Source of the DNA: an uncultured cyanobacterium
GTDB taxonomy: Bacteria > Cyanobacteriota > Cyanobacteriia > Cyanobacteriales > Nostocaceae
Direction of reading: 5' to 3'
NCBI GenBank assembly: GCA_963766435.1
Contig: CAVXZH010000005.1
Span: forward strand, 265,610-329,609
Length of the DNA stretch: 64,000 nucleotides
The position numbers and the translations under genes are program-made. The notes beneath the pieces are model-generated. The model was not told the DNA's origin, made no database searches, and was given only the letters and a program-made list of their open reading frames with translations. Numbering within the stretch: position 1 is the stretch's first letter; each line of letters begins with the position of its first letter. Below, one piece after another: positions 34,059 through 44,602 of this stretch.

Positions 34059-34682
34059 ATGTTCAAGTCAAACAAAAAAGTCCTTTTAAATTCATCACCA
34101 GAGGGAAGTATGACAGTTATTCAAACAGTACCAGATGTTACTTTCAAGACTCGTGTGCGTGATGAGTCTGTACCTGGTCCTAACCCTTATCGTTGGGAAG
34201 ACAAAACCACTCAACAGATTTTTGGTGGTAAAAAGGTAGTTCTGTTTTCCCTACCTGGAGCATTTACTCCTACCTGCTCATCTAACCATTTACCTCGCTA
34301 CGAAGAACTATATGATGAGTTCAAAGCTTTGGGCGTTGATGAGGTAATTTGTATATCCGTTAATGATGCTTTTGTCATGTTCCAATGGGGCAAGAATGTG
34401 GGCGCGAATCATGTCTTCTTACTACCTGATGGCAACGGAGAGTTTACACGTAAGATGGGAATGTTGGTTGACAAGTCTAATATCGGATTTGGATTCCGCT
34501 CCTGGCGTTATTCTGCACTGATTAATGACCTTCAAATTGAGAAAATCTTTGTAGAACCAGGCTTTGCAGACAACTATGGTGCTGATCCATTTGAAGTTTC
34601 TGATGCTGATACCATCCTAGCTTACTTGAAAAATACTAAATCTTCTGGTGTTTCTGCACCTCGTCTAGCCTTTGTTGGTTAA
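34059..34682 (+). CDS. Peroxiredoxin (Prx5/type II family)
   Basis: [10 protein letters not shown] peroxidatic Cys motif; probable start at MTVIQT (~34110). Confidence 0.7.
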   Translation: MFKSNKKVLLNSSPEGSMTVIQTVPDVTFKTRVRDESVPGPNPYRWEDKTTQQIFGGKKVVLFSLPGAFTPTCSSNHLPRYEELYDEFKALGVDEVICISVNDAFVMFQWGKNVGANHVFLLPDGNGEFTRKMGMLVDKSNIGFGFRSWRYSALINDLQIEKIFVEPGFADNYGADPFEVSDADTILAYLKNTKSSGVSAPRLAFVG

Positions 34683-34757
34683 TTAGTTTTAGGTTAAAAA
34701 GGGAATAGGAAATAGTGTTCTCTATTCCCTAGTCCCTACTCCTTACTCTCTACTCCC

Positions 34758-35750
34758 ATGAAACTCTCTAGCAAAAATCTGGATGTTCGCTTAAATACCC
34801 TCTATGATGCCATCATTGTTGGTGGTGGGACAGGGGGATTATCCGCAGCCATTTATTTAGCTCGCTATGGGCTGAAATGTTTGGTAGTAGAAAAAGGAAA
34901 AGGGCGATCGCTGTGGATGCAGGATTTGCGAAATTACTTGGGACTTGATCCACATACACCTGGTCGAGATATTCTCAATCATGGCACTCAACAAGCATTA
35001 AACTGGGGAGCAGATTATCTGCGCGGTTATGTGGAAGACGTGACAGATGAAGGGGAAAACTTTGCGGTCAAGGTGAAGGTGGGGAAGAAAGATAGTATCT
35101 ATCCGGTATTTCGCAGTAAATATATTATTGCTGCTTCGGGAATCATTGATGTTTTGCCTGAATTAGAGAATATGCAAAATGTCTATGATTATGCAGGTTA
35201 TACCTTACACGTGTGTATGATTTGCGATGGCTTTGATATGTGGAACGAAAAAGCAGTTTTGATTGTCAATTCCGAGAGTCAAATCAATGCAGCATTTGTA
35301 TTGAATTGGTTTACTCCTTATATCTCCGTCCTGACACATGGATTGTGTACAGTTAGTGATACCATGAAACAGAAACTAGCTGAACATGGATATCCATTAT
35401 ATGAATCAGCGATCGCCAGTTTCCAGGGTGAGAATCATCAACTGAGTGGTGTTGTGCTCACAGATGGGACTGTAGTTGAAGCCACAACAGGTTTAGTGAG
35501 TATGGGTTCAGTTTACCATAACCATTATTTAAAGGGAATTGAGGGACTGACCTGGGACGGGGAAAGTTTAGTGACCAATGAAATGGCTCAAACTACCCAT
35601 AATCGTATTTTTGCTTTAGGTGATTTGAAAAAAGGACTTAACCAAGTATCAATATCTGTAGCGGATGGAACTTTAGCCGCAACCCAAATTTGGCGGAATA
35701 TCCGTCGTGCTAGTACACCGCGCAAGTGGTTAGAAAATATCAAATCCTAA
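34758..35750 (+). CDS. FAD/NAD(P)-dependent oxidoreductase, thioredoxin-reductase-like
   Basis: DAIIVGGGTGGLSAAIYLAR dinucleotide motif; C..C pair VCMICDGF. Confidence 0.55.
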   Translation: MKLSSKNLDVRLNTLYDAIIVGGGTGGLSAAIYLARYGLKCLVVEKGKGRSLWMQDLRNYLGLDPHTPGRDILNHGTQQALNWGADYLRGYVEDVTDEGENFAVKVKVGKKDSIYPVFRSKYIIAASGIIDVLPELENMQNVYDYAGYTLHVCMICDGFDMWNEKAVLIVNSESQINAAFVLNWFTPYISVLTHGLCTVSDTMKQKLAEHGYPLYESAIASFQGENHQLSGVVLTDGTVVEATTGLVSMGSVYHNHYLKGIEGLTWDGESLVTNEMAQTTHNRIFALGDLKKGLNQVSISVADGTLAATQIWRNIRRASTPRKWLENIKS

Positions 35751-35753
35751 ATT

Positions 35754-36332
35754 TTAATCAGGGAAAGCCACACCAGTCATCGGGTCGCGGATATATAACC
35801 CTAGAGTCAGACTACGCATCACTTCATCCCAAACGGGTATTAGCTGCTCTGCTTGGTCAGCCCAATAATCAAACGTAATCAAACACTGAATATTCGAGCC
35901 TAAACCGATGCAAGTTCTTGAAAAAGCTTCCCTTGGTTCATCTTGAGTATCAATAAACTTAATTTGAGTCCAGACAATTCGCGCCGTTTGTCGTTTGACA
36001 GGAATGATTTCTCCTCTTTCAATCACATTACGACTATCATCTTCCATCACTTTTCGCAAAGTAGCTTTGAGGGGAAATAGAGTCCAGTCGTTAGGAGGTA
36101 GATGATTGTAGGACACTTCTAAACAACAATCATCCTTGGGAGGCTTATTATCCAGAAACTTGAAGGATTTTTCCTGTGGCTCAAATACCCAGCTATCAGG
36201 AACATTGAAACGAACTGCTCCTCTACCTGCGACAAAAATTTTATAACCAGGGGTAGATTCCCAATGATGGTCTGGTTTTAATTCAAGCGTTTCTTTAATC
36301 CATTTGAGATTGTCTTTCTTACGCTTTGCCAT
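35754..36332 (-). CDS. hypothetical protein
   Basis: 192-aa ORF. Confidence 0.3.
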   Translation of the reverse strand: MAKRKKDNLKWIKETLELKPDHHWESTPGYKIFVAGRGAVRFNVPDSWVFEPQEKSFKFLDNKPPKDDCCLEVSYNHLPPNDWTLFPLKATLRKVMEDDSRNVIERGEIIPVKRQTARIVWTQIKFIDTQDEPREAFSRTCIGLGSNIQCLITFDYWADQAEQLIPVWDEVMRSLTLGLYIRDPMTGVAFPD

Positions 36333-36659
36333 AATAGTGCTTATGAATCCATATTCTCTATTTTACCTAATTACTGGCTTGCTGAACAATTCCTTGGATA
36401 ACTGCTAAAATTGCCCCAACATTATCTAAATAATATCTTTGTTGATCAAACAAGACTACTTTTTGCCAAAGTCGGAGAAATTGCCAAACCTCACCTGTGT
36501 CATTAAATCAGCTGCAACCTTTTCTAAGGTAAAGTCGCTGTAAGCCATTATGACTATATTCCTATAGATTTTAAATTCTATAACACTCTTCTGGGAATTT
36601 TTGTGAAAAGTTCATATAATTTAATCTTCATCTATCGCTTCAGAGCTACAGTGTACACT

Positions 36660-36687
36660 GTAGGGGCGTATTGCATACGCCCCCTAC
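36660..36687. repeat. Dispersed palindromic repeat GGGGCGTATTGCATACGCCCC (copy 1)
   Basis: Further copies at 36739-36767 and 38569-38596; partial copies 43281-43310 and 63246-63263. Confidence 0.75.
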
Positions 36688-36738
36688 ACCAATTCCCGGC
36701 AAAAAAAGGCTGAAACCTATGCATCCTACAGTACACAC

Positions 36739-36767
36739 AGAGGGGCGTATGCAATACGCCCCTACTC
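36739..36767. repeat. Dispersed palindromic repeat (copy 2, inverted)
   Basis: aggggcgtatgcaatacgcccct. Confidence 0.75.
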
Positions 36768-36771
36768 AATA

Positions 36772-38545
36772 TTGTCATTCTGCTATACGGAAAGAACCTG
36801 CCAGAAAATGGAGTATAACTTGGTGAGGAGCAACATCTTCATCAAACCCGACTCAGAAATAAAAGAGGAGTTTTATATTTTTATGTCTATAATCTCTACT
36901 CCCATGACTAAATCCCCTTGGGAACGGTTAAAAAAATCAGAGATTACCTGTGAAGAAGCTTTACAGCTTTTAGTCCAAGATGAAAATATTGACCTTCCAT
37001 CCTTAGATATTGAAGTTAGTACCCGCTTTTTTAGATTATTTTCTAACGCTCAAGATATTCCCCCAGTGATTCCCTTATTATTATGGCGTAATTGTTACTA
37101 CTTGGGTAGTCCAGTGGTGTTCACATCAGATATAATTCAGAAATTGAGCGATGCCTTCGGCGCGGCGTAGCCATCGCACAGACACAGAAATTAAAATCAT
37201 TCCCATATCCGAAAAAAGTTATAAATCTTGGTTCATCACTCAAAATCTCGACCTGAACAAAATCAATGGTAATTCCCTAATCAACCCATTCACCAACGAA
37301 TTAGAAGCAGAAAACATTTCTGAAGTCACAGAAATCTATCTTGCGAAAGCATCAGACCAAATCCAACGAGTGAAAACAATTATCAGTGGTGCTTTGCGTA
37401 ACCGTGCTAGCGACATTCATTTAGAACCTACACCCGATGGTTTAAGAGTAAGATATCGGATTGATGGAGTTTTGCGTTATATTACCACCTTACCACCAGA
37501 ATTGAATCGGAGAATAGCAGGTGCGCTGAAAGTAATGTCTAATCTTGATATAGCGGAAAATCGTTGTCCTCAAGATGGACGGATTGGAGAGAAATATGCG
37601 ATTGGAGATTCATTAGACGTAGGATTAGATATGCGAGTCAGTACCCTTCCTTGTGTAGGTGGGGAAAAAGTAGTAATTCGGTTACTACCGCAACGCAATC
37701 CTTTCACAGATATGAGTAAACTAGGTTTTACCGACTCTGCGCTGACAATTTTCAAATCTTGGTTGGATCAACCCCAAGGAATGATTATTCTCACCGGTCC
37801 CACAGGTTCCGGTAAAACCAGCACTTTATATACTAGTTTACAATATGTAGCTAAAGAAACCGTGAATGTAGTAACAGTAGAAGACCCGGTAGAGTATATA
37901 TTACCAGGTATTACCCAAACTCAAGTAAATGAATTAGCTGGGATGACCTTTGCAGCAGGGTTAAGAGCGATTCTCCGTCAAGATCCAGATGTGATCATGT
38001 TGGGAGAAATCCGAGATGCAGAAACCGCAGAAACCGCAATTAGAGCCGCTTTAACAGGACATTTAGTGTTTACGACATTACACACTAATAATGCAGTGGG
38101 TACAATTCCTCGGTTAAAAGATATTGGACCTGACCCTGGTTTAATTAGTGATGCACTTTTGGGTATTGTGGCACAGCGTTTAGTCCGTCGAGTATGTCCT
38201 GATTGTGCCCAAGCCTATAAACCGACTTTAGCCGATTTACGTAACCTGGGGATAGAAGCAACCCCAGCAAATACTCAGGGTTGGAAACGTGGGAAAGGTT
38301 GTGCTAAATGTTTTAATTCTGGTTATTTAGGAAGAGAAGCAATTGTGGAATTACTAAATATAGATGATAGAATCAGAGAAATGATTTATGAAGGGACGAT
38401 GACACAAATACATCGTTATCTTCAGGAAATTAATTTCGTTTCTTTTACAGTGTCTGCTATTCAGAAAATAACTAGTGGAGTGACAACATTAGAGGAAGTA
38501 TTTAGAGTTTTACCTTATAGTGTTTTTGCTCAAAAATATTCTTAA
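36772..38545 (+). CDS. GspE/PilB-family type II/IV secretion ATPase, apparent frameshift near 37150-37170
   Basis: N-terminal T2SE_N-like segment (36772-37170), then Walker A ILTGPTGSGKTST, VEDPVEY, DPDVIMLGEIRD, C-terminal CPDC...CAKC zinc-binding motif. Confidence 0.6.
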
Positions 38546-38568
38546 TTCGTAACGATGTATGGCAATAT

Positions 38569-38596
38569 CGTAGGGGCGTATTGCATACGCCCCTAT
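38569..38596. repeat. Dispersed palindromic repeat (copy 3)
   Basis: taggggcgtattgcatacgcccctat. Confidence 0.75.
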
Positions 38597-38690
38597 TTGT
38601 GTGTACTTTTACCAGACTATTCTATACAAGAAAGATTTTCATTAGCAAATTTGGTTACAGCGATTTTCATGTAGATGAACCACATTTTTT

Positions 38691-39281
38691 TTGTCTCACG
38701 CAAAGGAGGTTTTGAAACGGAAACTGGCTTCTATAGACATAAAGAAAATGGATGAAATCTTGAATCAATTACCCAGTCCAGTAATTGTTTGTATTACCCT
38801 AACTACTGATGATTGGAAAAAACCAAGATTTGATATTAATGAATTATTGAAATCTTTGCAAAATTGGCATAATGAAAGTACTATTATCAATGAAAAAATA
38901 ATTATTTGTATATCTATTGAATATACATATTTTAAATATTCTTGCCTAAAAAAATATAAAGATCAACGAATAAATAATAAAATTCGTAAACACATTCAAA
39001 AAATTTCATCACCTCCTCAACAATTTAACTCGTTATCAGTTGTGGTTTTACCAGAACTGGAATCAATAAAGAGACAGGATGTAGTGAGATGGTGTACTCA
39101 TGAATATATTAAAAAGTTTTTGGGTGAAGATGAAATTCAAATTCAAGAATTAAAATACAAAACTGGAGATATGTTTGACAACTGGGAAAAACAAAACAAA
39201 TCTGATAAAATGTCTATGAGAGATATAGCTGATGAATTGCTTAAAATCCTGAAACAATTTGAACGTATGAGGAGAAATTAA
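38691..39281 (+). CDS. hypothetical protein, AT-rich
   Basis: 196-aa ORF; composition atypical for the region. Confidence 0.3.
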   Translation: MSHAKEVLKRKLASIDIKKMDEILNQLPSPVIVCITLTTDDWKKPRFDINELLKSLQNWHNESTIINEKIIICISIEYTYFKYSCLKKYKDQRINNKIRKHIQKISSPPQQFNSLSVVVLPELESIKRQDVVRWCTHEYIKKFLGEDEIQIQELKYKTGDMFDNWEKQNKSDKMSMRDIADELLKILKQFERMRRN

Positions 39282-39282
39282 C

Positions 39283-39640
39283 ATGAAATTGCCAATTTAT
39301 CGAGGTGATGGACAACAGGGGGAAGAATTACCCAAAAAATTGCCAGATTCCCCACGTTCTCGATTACTAAAACCAGAAAATTATATTGCAGATGCAGGTT
39401 TGCGAGATGCTTGTAATGTCGCATTATTATTAGGACAACCTTTATTACTAACCGGAGAACCTGGTTCTGGAAAAACTCAACTAGCTTACAGTCTTGCTTG
39501 GGAACTTGGTTTTGGTGAACCTTTTAAATTTGAAACTAAATCCACTAGTATTGCGCGGGATTTATTTTATATTTATGATGCTTTAAACCGATTTCAAGAT
39601 ATTCAAAGTCAAGCTGGTTCAGCTGAAGTTTTAAACTATA
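39283..39640 (+). pseudogene. AAA+ ATPase (MoxR/AAA_5/McrB-like), N-terminal part, interrupted by IS630
   Basis: Walker A LLLTGEPGSGKTQLA; reading frame resumes at 40671. Confidence 0.6.
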
Positions 39641-39649
39641 TAGCCTTTC

Positions 39650-40222
39650 CTAGTCTAGTGAGGTACAGTAGCAGCAGTGTGTAAACCAGTTATAAATATC
39701 CTCTAAAGATATCTGACCAAATGCATCTTGAATGGCTGATGCTAAATCTTGGTAATTTCTGGGACTGATTGAACGTAATAAATTCTTAATCTTAGACCAA
39801 CAATTTTCAATGGGTGAGAATTCAGGAGAATAGGGAGGTAAATAAATAAGTCTAGCACCTGCTTTAGTGATTAAAGCTTCAATTTCTTGACCCTTATGAA
39901 TTGAGCAATTATCCATAATTATACAAGCACCTGGCCAAAGTTTTGGTACTAATTTTTGAGCAATAAAAGCCTCAAATGTCAGACCATCAGTAGCACCAAG
40001 GATACTGTATTGAGCAATCACACCATCAAGACCAATTGCACCAATAATAGAAACATTTCTGCCACGTTGCTGAGGGCGTGAGCCATGAGCTCTTTTGCCT
40101 TTAGGTGCGCGGGCAAATAAACGTGTTAAAGCCAAGTTTACGCCTGACTCATCAAGGAAAATTAAGTCTTTAGCTAAGATTCCTTGGACTAATTGCCAAA
40201 ATTCTACTCGTTCTTTTTGCAC
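39650..40222 (-). CDS. IS630 transposase, DDE catalytic part (orfB)
   Basis: ...LIFLDESG...IIMDNCSIHKG...LPPYSPEFSPIE. Confidence 0.75.
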   Translation of the reverse strand: MQKERVEFWQLVQGILAKDLIFLDESGVNLALTRLFARAPKGKRAHGSRPQQRGRNVSIIGAIGLDGVIAQYSILGATDGLTFEAFIAQKLVPKLWPGACIIMDNCSIHKGQEIEALITKAGARLIYLPPYSPEFSPIENCWSKIKNLLRSISPRNYQDLASAIQDAFGQISLEDIYNWFTHCCYCTSLD

Positions 40223-40638
40223 CCTATCACTATATTTTTCGCTGGCATGCAGTGTTTTTTTTTGAATGTTATATTCAAGCGATTTAGCATCCTACCTACA
40301 GTTGAGCGTCCAATTAAAACTCCAGTTTTTTCTTCTAACAGATAACGTAGTTCTTCTAGTGTTGCATCATTATTTGCTGCTACAATCTCTTCCAAAATGT
40401 TTAATTGCTCAGGACTGAGTTTTGTTGGTGTTTGTTCTAACCGTATCTTTGGCGCAATTGTTCCCGTGTCTCGAAACTGTTTCAATAATTTCTCAACAAA
40501 ACTTACTGCAACTCGGAATTGTTTAGCTAGTTCACGTTGAGAAATATTTCCTTCCATATAGACATCTATAATTTTCTGGCGCAGGTCAAGCGAGTATGCT
40601 TTCATTTTTACATCCAATCCCTCTACAATCAATATCAC
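40204..40638 (-). CDS. IS630 transposase, HTH part (orfA); probably fused to orfB by frameshifting
   Basis: HTH ISQRELAKQF; overlaps orfB. Confidence 0.7.
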   Translation of the reverse strand: MILIVEGLDVKMKAYSLDLRQKIIDVYMEGNISQRELAKQFRVAVSFVEKLLKQFRDTGTIAPKIRLEQTPTKLSPEQLNILEEIVAANNDATLEELRYLLEEKTGVLIGRSTVGRMLNRLNITFKKKHCMPAKNIVIGCKKNE

Positions 40639-40670
40639 TATTGTACCTTACTAGACCGGGAAAGGCTATA

Positions 40671-41305
40671 TCACTTACCAAGCTTTAGGATTAGCGATTT
40701 TACAAACTCGGAATTTGGATGAGATAAAAGAATTTGTTCCTTCAGATTTTTCTCATGATGGACAAGTACGTTCTGTAGTTTTAATTGATGAAATTGACAA
40801 AGCTTCTCGCGATTTTCCTAATGATTTGCTTAATGAATTGGAACTGATGTATTTTCGGATTCCGGAATTAGGAAATCAGAAAATTACCGCAGACCCGAAA
40901 TTACAACCTATTGTGATTATCACTAGCAATTCTGAAAAAGATTTACCTGATGCTTTTTTGCGACGTTGTATTTATTATAATATCCCTTTTCCTACTGGTG
41001 ATCGATTGAGAAATATTATTGCAAATCAGTTAGGAATGAATATTACTAATCCATTTTTGCAATCAGCTATTAAACTATTTGAGAAATTACGTTCTCCTCA
41101 AAATAGATTCATCAAGAAACCTGCAACAGCAGAATTATTAAACTGGATTTTAGCTTTGCAAAAATTTAAGGATGTTTCCAATGACCATTTAATTCAACTA
41201 GATTCAAATTTGATTTTTTCCACTCTTAGTACTTTAATTAAAACAGCAGAAGACCAAGAAAAAGCTAAAAAAATTGTAGAACAATGGATAGAAGAACAGA
41301 AATAG
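40671..41305 (+). pseudogene. AAA+ ATPase C-terminal part
   Basis: Walker B VVLIDEIDKA, sensor-1 IVIITSN, arginine finger FLRRC. Confidence 0.6.
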
Positions 41306-41913
41306 AAAACAGCAACTTAGATTGGTTGAATCTCGATGATTTGATAGAATTTATTGATAATCTGAGAGCAGAGGGTTATAAAATAGATATTTCTCAATAT
41401 ATTGCAGCACAAGATTTAATTCTCATGTTGATTGCTCAAGGTGAAACTTTGGATAGTCCAGAGAGGTTGAGAAATTTACTAGCTCCAATATTTTGCAGTT
41501 CACCAACTGAGCAGGAAAAATTTCAACAGCACTTTGATAGTTGGGTTCAGGTTATTAGTCAAACTATCTCTGAGGAAAGTGAAGAAAATCTAGAAGTAGA
41601 AACATTAATAGAGAATGACCTACAATCTAATTCCCATCATCTCATTGCAGTGCTGATATTTATGAGTTTAACGGGAATTATTCTATTTATTGCTCTTAAA
41701 GTATCTCAGCAAAATACACCAACAGTAACTTCTACTGATATACCAACAATAACTCCTACTAATATAGCAATAATAACTCCTACTAATACAGCAATAATAA
41801 CCCCTACTAATACAGCAACAATAACTCATCAAGTCTGTACCTCTATAATTGACCGCAAAGTTTACCTTGGTTTCGTTCTGGTTATATTCCAGATTGGTTG
41901 CGTGTTTATTTGA
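41284..41913 (+). CDS. N-terminal part of a membrane-anchored protein (TM helix + TPTN tandem repeats), probably continuous with 41898-43103 via a frameshift
   Basis: Start overlaps the ATPase stop; LIAVLIFMSLTGIILFIAL TM; 24-bp DNA repeats. Confidence 0.4.
   Translation: MDRRTEIENSNLDWLNLDDLIEFIDNLRAEGYKIDISQYIAAQDLILMLIAQGETLDSPERLRNLLAPIFCSSPTEQEKFQQHFDSWVQVISQTISEESEENLEVETLIENDLQSNSHHLIAVLIFMSLTGIILFIALKVSQQNTPTVTSTDIPTITPTNIAIITPTNTAIITPTNTATITHQVCTSIIDRKVYLGFVLVIFQIGCVFI
41747..41830. repeat. 24-bp tandem repeat x3.5 (ataactcctactaatacagcaata)
   Basis: Direct reading; encodes ITPTNTAI repeats. Confidence 0.8.
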
Positions 41914-43103
41914 TTAAAGAATTGACTTCACAGCAAGAAAAAGTAATTCGGACTGAAATCAAAACTTTACTCAGTCAGGTTAATGATACTTCTGAAACTG
42001 GATTTAAATTATCAATAGGAAAAAAATTACCTAAGAAATCATTATTTAAACGTCTTTATCAGTTTTTGGGACGAGTTGCTGAAGATAGTCCATTGCAAGA
42101 TTATCTGTTTTTAGATTTTATGACTAAATCATCTACACTTGCTTTTGAAGTACCAGAAAAATTTACTAAGTCAATTTTTGGAAAAGGAAAAGTTAATCGT
42201 AGACGATTTTTGCAGATGGTTGGTTTAGGAACAACAGGTTTTATTACAGCAGTTGTAGGTGATCGAATTTTTACAGGTTCCGAAAAAGTATCTAATTGTG
42301 AGGTGCTAACAGTAGATTCCCAAGGAAAAATTATCCGTCGTGTCTTGAGTAAATCCAAGTTTTTTGTTGAGAATTTAGGTAATGGTATAACTTTAGAAAT
42401 GGTAGATATTCCTGCTGGTTCTTTTCTGATGGGTTCACCAGAATCAGAAAATGGTCGAAGCTCAAGTGAAAGTCCACAACATATTGTGAATGTACCCGCT
42501 TTTTCAATGGGTAAATTTGAAGTAACTCAAGAACAGTATCAGCAAATTATGGGTAAGAATCCGTCTAACTTCAAGGGACTAAAACTTCCTGTAGAGCAAG
42601 TGTCTTGGAATGATGCAGTGGAATTTTGTCAAAAGCTTAGTCAAAAAACTGGGCGTAAATATCGTCTACCAAGTGAAGCAGAATGGGAATATGCTTGTCG
42701 TGCAGGAACAACGACACCATTTCACTTTGGTGCGACGATAACCAGTGAGTTAGCTAACTATTATGGGACTGATGTTTACGCTTCTGAGTCAAAAGGCGAA
42801 TCTCGTGGACAAACAACAAACGTAGGAACTTTTCCCCCCAATGCTTTTGGTTTATATGATATGCACGGGAATGTATAGGAATGGTGTGCAGATAATTGGC
42901 ATGATAATTATCAGCGAGCACCAACTGATGGAAGGGTATGGCTGAATAAGAATGATAATCGTTCTTATCTAGTGCGGGGTGGTTCCTGGCTCGTCAATCC
43001 TGATTACTGCCGTTCCGCTTCCCGTTTCATCAACTATAGGGCTATCGTTAACAGCAATTTTATTGGTTTTCGTATTGCTTGTGGGGTGGGGAGAACTTTG
43101 TAG
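41898..43103 (+). pseudogene. FGE-sulfatase (formylglycine-generating enzyme/SUMF1-like) domain protein with an in-frame TAG at 42876-42878
   Basis: ...YRLPSEAEWEYACRAGTTTPF...YDMHGNV*EWCADNWH...RGGSW... conserved FGE motifs continue after the stop (TGG to TAG). Confidence 0.55.
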
Positions 43104-43200
43104 CCCTTTTCCCTTTAGCACTCTGCTCTTTTTTATTTACCCTTTTTTAGCAGAGTGAAATGGAGCGATTCAAAATTTTTTTGTCAATTGACGAAAACAC

Positions 43201-43258
43201 TGCGCTAAAGCGCAACTACGAACAAATTTTCCTGGCTCGTAGTTGCGCTTTAGCGCAT
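43201..43258. repeat. Perfect 23-bp-stem inverted repeat TGCGCTAAAGCGCAACTACGAAC...GTTCGTAGTTGCGCTTTAGCGCA (MITE-like); a single arm recurs at 53007-53033
   Basis: Direct reading of both arms. Confidence 0.75.
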
Positions 43259-43405
43259 GTTCTTTTCTTACAGATACCAGGTAGAGGCGGATTGCATACG
43301 CGCCTACACCATAGATTCTTGCTAAGGAGACAGAAGAACTATAATACAATGTGTACATTTTACTGTAAAATCAACACATAGCGAGCATTTGTATCAGCAA
43401 CAAAC

Positions 43406-44569
43406 ATGACACAATCTCCCCAGGACACCTCAACCCGGACTGAGTTTTTCAACGAATGCGGTAGTGTTCCAGAAGTGATTGAATTTTGCCCCAATCAACC
43501 ACCACCAAAAATCACTCTCCTGGACTACAATAAATTGATAGTGCAGAAAATCAATATCCAGCACCCAGAAGAATGCATTCCCTATCTCAACAGCGAATCA
43601 ATTTCTTGGGTTGATGTCGGTGGTCTAGGTGGAGAAGAAACTTGGCAACAACTCAAACAAGTATTTAATCTGCATCCACTCGTATTAGAAGATATTATTC
43701 ACGTCCCTCAACGTCCCAAAATGGAAGAATATGAGGAACAATTGGTCATTATCTCTCTGATGGTGTCGTTAGGAGAAGATGGTAAAAGTTTTCTCACCGA
43801 GCAAATTAGTTTGGTAGTAGGTAAAAACTATTTGTTGAGCGTCCAAGAGGAACCCTACCATGATTGCTTGCAATTAGTTCGGGATAGAATTCAATTAATT
43901 CATTCCCCCATTCGCAAATCAGGGGTAGATTATTTGTTATATTCCTTGATAGATGCCATCATTGATGGGTTTTTCCCCATTTTGGAAATGTATGGTGAGT
44001 TAATTGAGGACTTAGAAGCAGAGGTACTCAGTTCTCCAATGCCACATACGCTGGAGCGAATCTATGAAATTAAACGAGACCTTTTACAGCTTCGACGCAG
44101 CATTTGGCCACAGCGAGATGCAATTAATGCGTTGATTCGCGATAGTAGTGACTTAATTAGTCGTGATGTGCGAGTTTATTTACGAGACTGTTATGACCAT
44201 GTTATTCAGGTTTTAGACATTGTGGAAACCTACCGGGAGCTTACTTCCAGTCTGACTGATATTTATTTGTCTTCGGTCAGCAATCGGATGAATGAAGTCA
44301 TGAAAACCTTAACGATTATTTCCAGCATTTTTATCCCCCTCACCTTTATCGCGGGAATTTATGGAATGAATTTTGATCCTGAGAGTTCCCCTTTCAATAT
44401 GCCTGAATTGGGTTCGTATTGGGGGTATGTCACCACATTAGCAGTGATGTTAATCATCGCGATTGGTATGATTATCTTCTTCTGGTCTAGAGGTTGGTTC
44501 AAAGATTTTGCATCTGTGAAAAGTGAAGGGGCACCTACGTCGGGGCGTAACCCATCGCATCGCCCCTAA
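43406..44569 (+). CDS. corA: CorA-family Mg2+/Co2+ transporter
   Basis: C-terminal two TM helices with YGMNF (GMN) motif. Confidence 0.7.
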   Translation: MTQSPQDTSTRTEFFNECGSVPEVIEFCPNQPPPKITLLDYNKLIVQKINIQHPEECIPYLNSESISWVDVGGLGGEETWQQLKQVFNLHPLVLEDIIHVPQRPKMEEYEEQLVIISLMVSLGEDGKSFLTEQISLVVGKNYLLSVQEEPYHDCLQLVRDRIQLIHSPIRKSGVDYLLYSLIDAIIDGFFPILEMYGELIEDLEAEVLSSPMPHTLERIYEIKRDLLQLRRSIWPQRDAINALIRDSSDLISRDVRVYLRDCYDHVIQVLDIVETYRELTSSLTDIYLSSVSNRMNEVMKTLTIISSIFIPLTFIAGIYGMNFDPESSPFNMPELGSYWGYVTTLAVMLIIAIGMIIFFWSRGWFKDFASVKSEGAPTSGRNPSHRP

Positions 44570-44602
44570 TCATATCATTTTTCCCACATCCTCTCAGAAA
44601 TT

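Larger units (their letters stand above)
39641..40668. mobile_element. IS630-family insertion sequence (1028 bp) with TA target-site duplication
   Basis: TIRs TAGCCTTTCC(T/C)...TCTAGT(G/A)AGGTAC at both ends; TA at 39639-40 and 40669-70; removal restores the ATPase frame. Confidence 0.8.
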
